DNA of 43,318 bases, taken from the IMG/VR virus record IMGVR_UViG_3300025470_000036, positions 1 to 43,318 of that record, one strand, 5' to 3'. The notes under the pieces are model-generated. The model was given only the letters and a program-made list of their open reading frames with translations. It ran no database searches and had not been told where the DNA came from. The DNA comes from a virus (taxonomy: Duplodnaviria > Caudoviricetes). Positions 1 through 13,072 of the stretch are shown here, one piece after another (position 1 is the first letter of the stretch; each line of letters starts with the position of its first letter). A program made the position numbers and the translations under genes.

Positions 1-432
1 GTGTTTATGACACAAGGTCTTCCTGTAGGTGGCTCAACAACAACGACGCCTTATGAGAAAATGCGCCTGTCGAGTGTTGGTAATTTAGGTATAGGAACAA
101 CCACGCCTGGAACACTTCTTACTGTCGCCGGTCCTATATCAGTCAATAAGCCAAGCACAATAAACGCCTCAACATATACTGTCGCCTCGACTGATGCGTC
201 TCTTATTTTTACGACGACAGGATGCACGGTGACAATGCCTGCCGCTTCTTCCTATCCAGGAAGAGTTCTTAATGTTAAAAACATTTCTGCTATTACTGTT
301 AACAGTGCGTCTTCAAATATTGTCCCATTGTCGACGGCAACAGCTGGCACAGCAATATTGTCTGCTAGTGCCGGAAAGTGGGCGATGTTACAGTCTGATG
401 GAACAAACTGGGTAATAATGGCGTCTAACTAA
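1..432 (+). CDS. tail-fibre-like virion protein, C-terminal part (probably truncated by the window edge)
   Basis: EKMRLSSVGNLGIGTTTPGTLLTVAG fibre repeat motif; T/S/A-rich; ends LQSDGTNWVIM. Confidence 0.65.
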   Translation: MFMTQGLPVGGSTTTTPYEKMRLSSVGNLGIGTTTPGTLLTVAGPISVNKPSTINASTYTVASTDASLIFTTTGCTVTMPAASSYPGRVLNVKNISAITVNSASSNIVPLSTATAGTAILSASAGKWAMLQSDGTNWVIMASN

Positions 433-441
433 GGATGAGTA

Positions 442-1128
442 ATGTCGACCTCGAACGCATACACGTTCAATCCTTCGCTCGGCGAACTCACCATTTACGC
501 CTACCAGCTGATTGGTGTTCGCCCTACGGCATTGTTGCAGGAACATATAGATGTTGCTCGTGTCGCAACGAACATGATGTTCACGCGATGGAGCAATCAG
601 GGCGTTAATCTTTGGCAAGTGACATCGACAACTCAAGCCTTAACTCAGGGAACTGCAACGTATTCTGTATCTGCAAATACGGTTGTAATTCTTGATGCAT
701 ATGTCACTGTTACAAATGGATCGGTTAATACTGACAGAATAATTTTACCGATAAGCAGGACTGAGTATTTGTCTTTCCCCAACAAAGCACAGCAAGGTTT
801 CCCTACGACTTATTGGTTTAATCGTCTTCTTTCTCCTACAATTACTCTTTGGCCTGTCCCAGATGGAAACGAAGCATCTTTAACATATTACAGTGTATTG
901 CGTCTGCAGGATGCTAACATGAACGGCACCGAGCAGGTGGACATACCGCCTATTTGGTTAGAGGCAATGGCATATGGGTTGGCAGAGCGTCTGGCTCAGA
1001 TTTGGGCACCAGATAAATTGACGTTTTTGAAACCGATGGCTGACGAGGCTTATTCAATAGCTGCAGCTCAGAACATAGAAACGGCGCAACAATATATTTC
1101 GCCACAAATTAGTGGGTATTTCAGGTAA
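442..1128 (+). CDS. putative head-tail adaptor / connector protein
   Basis: 228 aa; WSNQGVNLW, PNKAQQGFP, ITLWPVPD and WLEAMAYGLA motifs typical of podovirus-like connector proteins; late-gene context. Confidence 0.6.
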   Translation: MSTSNAYTFNPSLGELTIYAYQLIGVRPTALLQEHIDVARVATNMMFTRWSNQGVNLWQVTSTTQALTQGTATYSVSANTVVILDAYVTVTNGSVNTDRIILPISRTEYLSFPNKAQQGFPTTYWFNRLLSPTITLWPVPDGNEASLTYYSVLRLQDANMNGTEQVDIPPIWLEAMAYGLAERLAQIWAPDKLTFLKPMADEAYSIAAAQNIETAQQYISPQISGYFR

Positions 1129-1322
1129 TGGCTTATGTTTATTGCCATTTTAAGGAAGATGATATGGAGCCATTCTATGTTGGAATTGGCCGAACAAAAA
1201 AACGCGCTTTTGATATGAGGGGCCGCTCTTCTTGGCATAAAGAAAGAAGTTTAATTGTAAAAAATGGTCACAAAAAACGTAAAATAAATAAATTATTGTC
1301 CATGCAATATTGGGGGGCATAA
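1128..1322 (+). pseudogene. internally deleted GIY-YIG-like homing endonuclease remnant
   Basis: N-terminus AYVYCH...PFYVGIG...RA...GRS..W resembles the intact ORF at 5005, but the ORF is only 64 aa and AT-rich. Confidence 0.65.
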
Positions 1323-5886
<4,564 letters not shown>

Positions 5887-5887
5887 C

Positions 5888-6487
5888 ATGAGCGCATTAC
5901 AATTAAACGCAACAACTGGTGGCGGCAACGTCACGATAACAGTTCCTACGTCTGTTACTGGAACAAATACAATTACTGTTCCTGCTTCAACTGGAACAGT
6001 TGCACTTACAGCAAGCCCAACATTTACGGGAACAACAACTACTGGCGCTCAAAGCGTTGGCGGTAATATTACGTTTAGCTCGGCTAATGCTGGAGTTGTT
6101 TTTAATAAAACAGGCGCTCTAACAAACTCTACACTGAATGATTATGAAGAAGGAACGTGGACGCCAACAATTACACCCGGCACTGGTTCTATTACAACAT
6201 ATTCGGCATCTGGAACATATACAAAAGTTGGTAGAATAGTTACTCTTCAAGCCATTTACACAATAACAACCAATGGGACTGGTGCCAGTTATATTCTTAT
6301 TGGCAATATTCCTTTTGCTGGTTCTGTAAATACTGGCGCAGGGATTATGAAAGAAATTGCGGTAACTGGGATAACTGCGGCATGTTATTTAACAAACTCA
6401 ACAACATTATTAAGCGTAACGTATAACAATGGTTATCCCGGCGGAACAGGCCAAAGTTGGGTAATCACGGTAGTTTATTATGCTTAA
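5888..6487 (+). CDS. tail fibre module
   Basis: TLNDYEEGTWTP and GTYTKVGRIVTL motifs of phage fibre tip domains. Confidence 0.65.
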   Translation: MSALQLNATTGGGNVTITVPTSVTGTNTITVPASTGTVALTASPTFTGTTTTGAQSVGGNITFSSANAGVVFNKTGALTNSTLNDYEEGTWTPTITPGTGSITTYSASGTYTKVGRIVTLQAIYTITTNGTGASYILIGNIPFAGSVNTGAGIMKEIAVTGITAACYLTNSTTLLSVTYNNGYPGGTGQSWVITVVYYA

Positions 6488-6497
6488 CGAGGCCAAA

Positions 6498-6743
6498 ATG
6501 TCACTTACAGAAACTAAAATCATAGATCAGATTACCGTTACAGAAAACGGTATCGTTCTTGTTCGTGAAGCAACGCGGATTTTGCGTGATGGCGTTCCAT
6601 TCACTGAGACATATCATCGTTGGAGCTATACGCCGGGACAAGATTTAACTGACGTTCCAGCAAATGTAGTTGCAATTTGTAACGCTGCATGGACGCCAGA
6701 GGTTATTGCTGCGTATCAAACGCAACTCGCGGGGATTGAATAA
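6498..6743 (+). CDS. small fibre-associated (chaperone-like) protein
   Basis: follows a DYEEGTWTP fibre; YHRW...PGQD...V.AICNAAWTPEVIAAY; start moved to the ATG after a GAGG RBS. Confidence 0.55.
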   Translation: MSLTETKIIDQITVTENGIVLVREATRILRDGVPFTETYHRWSYTPGQDLTDVPANVVAICNAAWTPEVIAAYQTQLAGIE

Positions 6744-7549
6744 TGGCGCTGACGCTCAACGGCACGACAGGCGAAGTCTTCCCTAGCTGGACAACAGCCA
6801 CACGCCCATCGTCACCTGTAGCCGGACAGACAGGTTACAATACGACGCTTGGCGCATTGGAGAGCTACAACACAACGACGACGACTTGGGTTGTGTCTGG
6901 TTCTAATCCAAAGATTACTCAGACGATCTACACATCTGGCTCCGGCACATACACAACACCAACTGGCGTAACGTGGCTTCGCGTTCGTATGGTTGGTGGT
7001 GGTGGGGGCGGAGCGGGTAGCGGAACTGCATCGTGGGGCGCTGGCGGAAATGGAGGAAATACAACTTTTGGTTCGTCATTTTTGACAGCAAACGGAGGAA
7101 CAGGAGGCTACACAGCTTTAGGTTCACCCGGAGCCCCCGGCGGGTCAGCTTCTATCGGGGCAGGCGCTACCGGCATAGCGTTAAGTGGTGGTGCAGGCGC
7201 ATCTACGGGACAAAATTCGACCTCACTCTACATGCCCACCACTGGCGGCGGCGGCAACTCAGCTTTTGGTGGGGGTGGGCAGGGCGCTACTAATGCTAAT
7301 GCTGTGGCCGCAGCGGCAAACACGGGCGGCGGCGGAGCGAGTGGTGGCACTATAAACGGATATGCAGGCAATGTTGGGTCTGCGGGTGGTGCTGGTGGCT
7401 TTATAGATGCAATCATCTCATCACCAAGTGCAACTTATTCTTACGCAGTAGGCGCAGGTGGAACCGCAGGAACCGCAGGAACAAATGGCTACGCAGGCGG
7501 CGCAGGTGCGGCGGGCATCATCATCATTGAAGAACATTACAACTGGTAA
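6743..7549 (+). CDS. glycine-rich tail fibre module
   Basis: TSGSGTYTTPTGV..LRVRMVGGGGGG...GAAGIIIIEE glycine-rich domain. Confidence 0.65.
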   Translation: MALTLNGTTGEVFPSWTTATRPSSPVAGQTGYNTTLGALESYNTTTTTWVVSGSNPKITQTIYTSGSGTYTTPTGVTWLRVRMVGGGGGGAGSGTASWGAGGNGGNTTFGSSFLTANGGTGGYTALGSPGAPGGSASIGAGATGIALSGGAGASTGQNSTSLYMPTTGGGGNSAFGGGGQGATNANAVAAAANTGGGGASGGTINGYAGNVGSAGGAGGFIDAIISSPSATYSYAVGAGGTAGTAGTNGYAGGAGAAGIIIIEEHYNW

Positions 7550-7560
7550 GGCTTGAATAA

Positions 7561-8727
7561 ATGGCAGCTACATTACAAACATCAGTAATACAAGCCTCCG
7601 GCTCAACAACGCCTAACCTAACGCTAGACACGGCTGGCAACGCTACTGTTGGCAATACGCTCGTTATGGGCAGCAGCTTCAAGCGCAATCGTATTATCAA
7701 TGGCAATATGGCCGTGGATCAAAGAAACGCGGGGGCTAGTGTTACAGCTAATAATGCAATATTTCCTGTTGACAGATTTGCTTTTGCTTGCTCTCAAACT
7801 GGCAAAGGAACAGGCCAACAAAATGCCGGTTCCGTTACGCCACCAACTGGCTTTTCTAATTATCTTGGTTTTACATCATCATCAGCATATTCAGTATTGA
7901 CTGGCGATTATTTTATTATTCAACAATCTATAGAAGGATTTAATTTTTCGGATTTAGGATTTGGGTCTAGCAGCGCAAAATCTGTAACCTTGTCGTTTTA
8001 TGTGTATTCTTCCATAACAGGAACACATAGCGGCGCAATGAAAAATTATGCGTCTTCTAGATCTTATCCATTTACATTTACTGTTTCTGCGGCCAATACT
8101 TGGACATATGTAACCATAACTATTCCCGGTGATACTGGCGGAACATGGGTTGGGGCTAGTAACGCGGGGGCAGCACTTATTTGTTTTAATTTTGGCACTG
8201 GTTCAACATATAGCGGCACAGCCGGAGCTTGGGCTTCGGCAAACTATGTTGCAGCCACAGGCGCAGTTTCAATAGTCGGCACCAACGGCGCAACCTTCTA
8301 CATTACCGGCGTCCAACTAGAGCAAGGCTCAGTCGCCACTCCGTATGAGCGGCAGATTTACTCCGATCAGTTGGCGCAATGTCAGAGGTATTTACCGTTT
8401 ATAACGACTGTAGCCTCTACAACATCAGATGTAGGCTTGGGCAGCATAAATGCGTCAAATGGTGGGGTAGCATCATATTATTTCAAAGTTACTCCAAGAG
8501 TTCCACCAACAGGAATAACAGTTACTAATGTTGGCTCGTTTTCTTATACATCACCAACAGTAAATGCTACTGTTTCTGCGCTATCCTTTAGTAATGGTGG
8601 ATTAGATTGTGCAAGAATGAATGTAACTGGTTCTACTTCATCATACACTGTAGCAAACTCAGCGATATTATATGCAAATGGCAGCGCAACAGTTGGAACC
8701 ATAGCTTTTACAGGATGTGAACTATGA
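7561..8727 (+). CDS. tail fibre / receptor-binding module with carbohydrate-binding-like domain
   Basis: RNRIINGNMAVDQR ... ITGVQLEQGSVATPYE ... LAQCQRY motifs. Confidence 0.65.
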   Translation: MAATLQTSVIQASGSTTPNLTLDTAGNATVGNTLVMGSSFKRNRIINGNMAVDQRNAGASVTANNAIFPVDRFAFACSQTGKGTGQQNAGSVTPPTGFSNYLGFTSSSAYSVLTGDYFIIQQSIEGFNFSDLGFGSSSAKSVTLSFYVYSSITGTHSGAMKNYASSRSYPFTFTVSAANTWTYVTITIPGDTGGTWVGASNAGAALICFNFGTGSTYSGTAGAWASANYVAATGAVSIVGTNGATFYITGVQLEQGSVATPYERQIYSDQLAQCQRYLPFITTVASTTSDVGLGSINASNGGVASYYFKVTPRVPPTGITVTNVGSFSYTSPTVNATVSALSFSNGGLDCARMNVTGSTSSYTVANSAILYANGSATVGTIAFTGCEL

Positions 8728-8960
8728 GTGATCCAGTTTGGCAATATGCTAATGCTGATAATTCTATCGTTTGGCGTGAATGGCCTGATGGACGTCAAGA
8801 AAGCTGCCTTGTAGAGGCAATTCAATCTTGGCTTGCTGAAGGCAACACGCCTAACCCATACGTTCCACCACCAGAACCAGCGCCACTAACGCCACAAGAG
8901 AAACTCGCGGCGGCGGGGTTGAGCGTGGATGATTTGAAGGCTTTGCTAGGAATTAAATAA
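8724..8960 (+). CDS. small fibre-associated protein
   Basis: WLAEGNTP and LTPQEKLAAAGLSVDDLKALLG; ATGA-coupled to the fibre. Confidence 0.55.
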   Translation: MSDPVWQYANADNSIVWREWPDGRQESCLVEAIQSWLAEGNTPNPYVPPPEPAPLTPQEKLAAAGLSVDDLKALLGIK

Positions 8961-9029
8961 ACCACCGGCATTCTCAGAAGGGGGAGAAAATGCCATACAG
9001 CTCGGAGAGCGGAAAAGCTTACATCCGCT

Positions 9030-9275
9030 AACAGAATAGAAAATTTGCGCGAAGCAACAAATTCTCAAAATGGTAAAAATTTACCCATTAAGTCAAATAA
9101 CAATTCTGGCTGTCCCGGAGTTTGTTTTGATAAAACAAATAAAAAATGGAGAGCCACGATTAAAGTAGATCATAAGCAAATAAGTTTGGGAAGATTTGAG
9201 GATTTTGAAAAAGCAGTAAGTGCAAGGAAAAATGCAGAAATTAAATATTATGGGGAATGGAGACATTACAAATGA
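9030..9275 (+). pseudogene. 5'-truncated HNH endonuclease with AP2 domain
   Basis: frame reads NRIENLREATNSQN (HNH tail), then NNSGCPGVCF...KWRA.I......LGRF..FEKAV.ARK.AE.KYYGEW (AP2); no N-terminus or proper start. Confidence 0.75.
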
Positions 9276-10333
9276 AAATAGCAATAGCTTCAATAAGTAA
9301 AAACGAAGAGCAATTTGTTAAAAGATTTTGCGACAGTGCAAGAGATGCCGATGCCATATACATTGCAGATACTGGAAGCACCGACAACACCGTAGAAGTT
9401 GCCAAGGAATGTGGCGCAATAGTAAATGAAATATGCATCAGCCCTTGGCGATTTGATCACGCCAGAAACGCTAGTTTAGCTCTTGTCCCAAAGGATATAG
9501 ATATTGTCATATCCCTTGATCTTGACGAGGTAATGGAACCGGGGTGGCGCGAAGAAATAGAGCGTGTATGGATACCCGGAGAAACCACTCGACTAAGATA
9601 TATGTTTGATTGGGGTTGCGGCGTTAAATTTCAGTATGAAAAAATATTTGCAAAACACGGTTATTATTTTTGGCATCCTTGTCATGAGTATCCTCGTCCA
9701 GACGCCCGTATCAACGAGATCTACGCCTACACTGACAAGCTGCTTGTCAGCCATCACCCAGACCCAACAAAGAGCCGCGGGCAGTATCTGGACCTGTTGG
9801 CGCTGTCGGTCAAAGAAGATCCTGTGTGCCCGCGCAACGCCTTCTACTATGCCCGCGAGTTATCATTTTATTCACGCTGGGATGAATCAATTGTAGAGCT
9901 TCAAAGATATCTGGCACTCCCCGGCGCGACGTGGATCAATGAGCGGTCATATGCAATGCGCACACTGGCAAAATGCTATGAAGGGAAAGGCGATCCAGCT
10001 GAGGCTGAGGCTTGGTGGCTGCGGTCGGCGGCTGAAAGCCCTAATACCCGCGAACCTTGGTGTGGGCTGTCAAATCTCTACTATATGCAGGCAAGATGGC
10101 AGGAATGTTATGGTGCTGCAATGCGTGCGCTATCTATAAAAGATAGAGAATTTGTTTACACCGTTGATCCTGCTGTTTGGGGTGCCCATCCCCACGACCT
10201 TGCCGCTATTGCGGCGTGGAACTTGGGTATGAAGGAAATTGCAGCAGAACAAGGGCGCTTGGCGTTGGAATTAAGCCCAGAAGATGGTAGACTAAAAGAG
10301 AACCTGTCTTGGTATTTAGGCGAAAAAGGCTAA
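9272..10333 (+). CDS. GT2-family glycosyltransferase with TPR repeats
   Basis: ISKNEE, ADTGSTDNT, WRFDHARNASL, DLDE (DxD), PCHE; TPR-like C-terminal half. Confidence 0.85.
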   Translation: MKIAIASISKNEEQFVKRFCDSARDADAIYIADTGSTDNTVEVAKECGAIVNEICISPWRFDHARNASLALVPKDIDIVISLDLDEVMEPGWREEIERVWIPGETTRLRYMFDWGCGVKFQYEKIFAKHGYYFWHPCHEYPRPDARINEIYAYTDKLLVSHHPDPTKSRGQYLDLLALSVKEDPVCPRNAFYYARELSFYSRWDESIVELQRYLALPGATWINERSYAMRTLAKCYEGKGDPAEAEAWWLRSAAESPNTREPWCGLSNLYYMQARWQECYGAAMRALSIKDREFVYTVDPAVWGAHPHDLAAIAAWNLGMKEIAAEQGRLALELSPEDGRLKENLSWYLGEKG

Positions 10334-10337
10334 TCAA

Positions 10338-10586
10338 ATGGAACCCCAAACGATCATTAATCTTGTCGCGGGCTCAGTATTGATGGTTGTTGGCTGGTTG
10401 GCCAGAGAATTATGGGTGGCAGTTAAAGAATTAAGGGCCGACCTTCACCGCATAGAGATAGAAATGCCGACAAATTACATTAGGCGGGACGAGTTTTCTG
10501 AAGGCATGAAAGAGATAAAAGAGATGCTGCGGCAGATCTTTGATAAAATGGACGGAAAAGCAGACAAACCTTGGGGGGGCAAATGA
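10338..10586 (+). CDS. small membrane-anchored coiled-coil protein (lysis-associated, holin/antiholin-like)
   Basis: one N-terminal TM helix followed by a charged coiled coil; directly upstream of the endolysin. Confidence 0.5.
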   Translation: MEPQTIINLVAGSVLMVVGWLARELWVAVKELRADLHRIEIEMPTNYIRRDEFSEGMKEIKEMLRQIFDKMDGKADKPWGGK

Positions 10587-11071
10587 CTTGGCCATTACAA
10601 TCACAGTGCGATAGCTACTACGGCAACCCTCGCGGTCGCAACGGCAATGCCTCGGCGCAATGGGAAAAGGCGAACCTAACGCGCATATCACCTCCTTTCA
10701 AAATGTATTTTGCCGGCAAGCCCGTCACGTCAATTTCTATCAATAAGAAGTGCGCCGACAGCCTGTCTCGCGTCTTTGACGCCATTTGGGCGGCAGCAGG
10801 AAAAGACCAAAAGACAATCGACAACTGGGGCGTTTCTGTCTTTTCTGGGTCATACAACTATCGTGTTATGCGTGGGGGCGCTGTGTTGAGTATGCACGCC
10901 TATGGCTGTGCAATTGATCTAGATGCTCCCAGAAACTTCTTTCACGACCAAGACCCCCACTTTGCCCACGTCCCACAAGTCGTAAAAGCCTTCAAGGATG
11001 AGGGCTGGGTATGGGGCGGAGATTGGTCGGGGCGAAGTAAGGACGGGATGCATTTCAAGCAGCCCGTGTAG
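10583..11071 (+). CDS. endolysin, M15-family Zn peptidase
   Basis: YNYR, SMHAYGCAIDL (SxHxxGxAxD), WGGDW...DGMHF; ATGA-coupled start. Confidence 0.85.
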   Translation: MTWPLQSQCDSYYGNPRGRNGNASAQWEKANLTRISPPFKMYFAGKPVTSISINKKCADSLSRVFDAIWAAAGKDQKTIDNWGVSVFSGSYNYRVMRGGAVLSMHAYGCAIDLDAPRNFFHDQDPHFAHVPQVVKAFKDEGWVWGGDWSGRSKDGMHFKQPV

Positions 11072-11108
11072 GTTAGTCCTACAGCTACACGGGCCAAAGG
11101 TAGGAAAA

Positions 11109-11606
11109 TCAATACCAACGGGCAGTAAGCCCGTTGCGTATCCTTAAAACTCTTGTGATGCTTACGTTGTATTTTTCTGCAACTTGTTTCAGTGATCCTT
11201 CTTCTTTTTTTATAGAATTAAATTCTTTCTCAGATATTTTTCTTCCGACCCTTGAGTGTTTATTTTTTCCTAATTCTCTTGAATTGTGAATTTGATTTGT
11301 TCTTCTATCGCACCATTCTAGATTATCGACATTATTATTATGCTTATTCCCATCCTTATGATTTACTTCTGGAAGTTTATTAGGATTAGGGATAAAATGT
11401 GTTGCCACAAGAATGTGGACATAAAAGTTTATTTTGTTTAGTCTAAGTTGCAAATAGCCTCCGGAATGAGGCTGAGGCGATCTCATGCTTGGCGGAGCGT
11501 ATCTTTTGGTTTTTCCAAATTTTCTCCATCCACCAATAAATCTGACTTCGCCAGAAGTAGATACTTCATATGAAGGATGATCAGATATTTCTTTCCAGAT
11601 TGTCAT
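11109..11606 (-). CDS. NUMOD4-HNH homing endonuclease, inverted inside the lysis cassette
   Basis: WKEI...YEVSTSGEVR; YVHILVATHFIPNP...EVNHKDGNKHNNNVDNLEW; C-terminal HTH; AT-rich. Confidence 0.85.
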   Translation of the reverse strand: MTIWKEISDHPSYEVSTSGEVRFIGGWRKFGKTKRYAPPSMRSPQPHSGGYLQLRLNKINFYVHILVATHFIPNPNKLPEVNHKDGNKHNNNVDNLEWCDRRTNQIHNSRELGKNKHSRVGRKISEKEFNSIKKEEGSLKQVAEKYNVSITRVLRIRNGLTARWY

Positions 11607-11627
11607 GCGGAGCTCCTATTGCTGCAA

Positions 11628-11656
11628 TGCATACCATCTGTAGTTAAGAATATCAA
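11628..11656 (-). promoter_or_regulatory. putative sigma70-type promoter for the inverted HNH gene
   Basis: minus strand TTGATA-17 nt-TATGCA, followed by an AGGAG RBS. Confidence 0.45.
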
Positions 11657-11672
11657 TAACTAAGAGGAGAGA

Positions 11673-11891
11673 ATGATGGGTAGCCTTATTCAAACATACT
11701 TTGTAGCAAACTGGAAAACGACTGCGTCTGGCGTTCTGTTGGGCCTCCTTGTTGTCCTGCATTATTTTGGCATCAACATCCCCGGTGTTGTTATTCCGTC
11801 AGACGTCGGCTCTCAGATTGCTATGGTCCTTGCGGCTATTGGCCTTATCTCGGCTAAAGACGCCTCAACGGTCGGCGTCCCCGGTAAATGA
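11673..11891 (+). CDS. putative holin
   Basis: 72 aa, two TM helices, NWKTT..G and AKDA motifs, strong GAGGAG RBS; lies between endolysin and spanins. Confidence 0.65.
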   Translation: MMGSLIQTYFVANWKTTASGVLLGLLVVLHYFGINIPGVVIPSDVGSQIAMVLAAIGLISAKDASTVGVPGK

Positions 11892-12136
11892 GTGCCGCGT
11901 TAATATCCGCAATTGTAAGCCTCCTTGGCGGCTTTATGTCTGCGGTTGTTAACTTTTTTAACTGGCTGCACGAGCAACAGCTTGTGCAGTCGGGAATAGC
12001 TCAAGCACAATTACAGAGCCTGAAAGATCAAGCTCATGAAGCACAAATCGCCATTGCCGCTCGTGAGGCTGTTCGCGCTGATGTTGCCTCTAAGCCTGAC
12101 GGCGTGCCAGTCAACGACCCTTTCCTCAGAGACTAG
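11888..12136 (+). CDS. putative i-spanin (Rz-like)
   Basis: N-terminal TM segment, then Q/A-rich helix, ends DPFLRD; overlapped by a lipoprotein ORF. Confidence 0.6.
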   Translation: MSAALISAIVSLLGGFMSAVVNFFNWLHEQQLVQSGIAQAQLQSLKDQAHEAQIAIAAREAVRADVASKPDGVPVNDPFLRD

Positions 12137-12266
12137 CCACGTTTCTTTCTGTGAGGCTGCTCGTGCTATATACTATTCGAGGCACGACACGGCCCCCACT
12201 AGGGCCCAGATACGCGAGCATAATGCGGTAGGCGTGGCTCTAAAGTGTGGGTGGATTAAGAAATGA
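12036..12266 (+). CDS. putative o-spanin lipoprotein (Rz1-like), overlapping in +1 frame
   Basis: signal peptide with lipobox LTA-C; SFC...IY.S..DT..T..QI..HNA....CGW. Confidence 0.7.
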   Translation: MKHKSPLPLVRLFALMLPLSLTACQSTTLSSETSHVSFCEAARAIYYSRHDTAPTRAQIREHNAVGVALKCGWIKK

Positions 12267-13069
12267 CGACGGGGTTAAGCTTTAACGGAAGTGACGCGGG
12301 GACATCTAGCTACGTCGCGCAAATATCGACGATGGCGGTTGTCGACCCCCTGGACGATGCTTTCGTTACGATCCTGCCCCAAATGATCACATATGCGGAA
12401 AACCGCATATATCGCGATCTAGACTTTCTCTTCACGTCTCTGTCCACTACTTCTTACTCATTAACGACCGGAAGTCGGCAGCTAAATATATTAATTTCTC
12501 CGACAATGACGCCTGGACCGTTTGTCGTCCCAGAGCAAATAAATCTCATCACGCCTGCCGGACAAACAAACCCAGATCTTGGGACGCGCGTCCCTCTTCT
12601 GCCGACGACAAAAGAATTTCTTGACGCCGTCTACGGTAACTCGACAGCAACTGGTCAGCCAAAGTATTGGTGCCCATTTGACGACTACACGTTCCTTGTC
12701 GGGCCATACCCAGACAGTGCCTACACAGTAGAGTTCGTTGGAACTTATCGACCGCAAAGTCTTGGCCCTGGTGTGTCTGGTGATCCTAATTATCCAAGCT
12801 ATCCAAATGCGGCATACACAACGACGAACACATTCATTAGCCTGTATCTGCCTGATCTTTTTATTATGGCAAGCATGATCTACATTTCTGCTTACCAGCG
12901 TAATTTCTCAAGTGCTATGGGCAACGACCCTCAAATGCCTATCACATACGAGACGCAATACCAGGCACTCCTGAAAAGCGCTCTCAGCGAAGAGAACCGC
13001 AAAAAGTTCGAGGCAGCGGCGTGGAGCTCGCAAGGGGCATCCACGTCTGCCACGCCTACGCGGGGATAA
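12263..13069 (+). CDS. putative tail adaptor / tubular protein A-like
   Basis: ITYAENRIYRDL, GQPKYW, VGPYPDSAYTVE, PDLF...YE..YQ motifs. Confidence 0.6.
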   Translation: MTTGLSFNGSDAGTSSYVAQISTMAVVDPLDDAFVTILPQMITYAENRIYRDLDFLFTSLSTTSYSLTTGSRQLNILISPTMTPGPFVVPEQINLITPAGQTNPDLGTRVPLLPTTKEFLDAVYGNSTATGQPKYWCPFDDYTFLVGPYPDSAYTVEFVGTYRPQSLGPGVSGDPNYPSYPNAAYTTTNTFISLYLPDLFIMASMIYISAYQRNFSSAMGNDPQMPITYETQYQALLKSALSEENRKKFEAAAWSSQGASTSATPTRG

Positions 13070-13072
13070 TAA

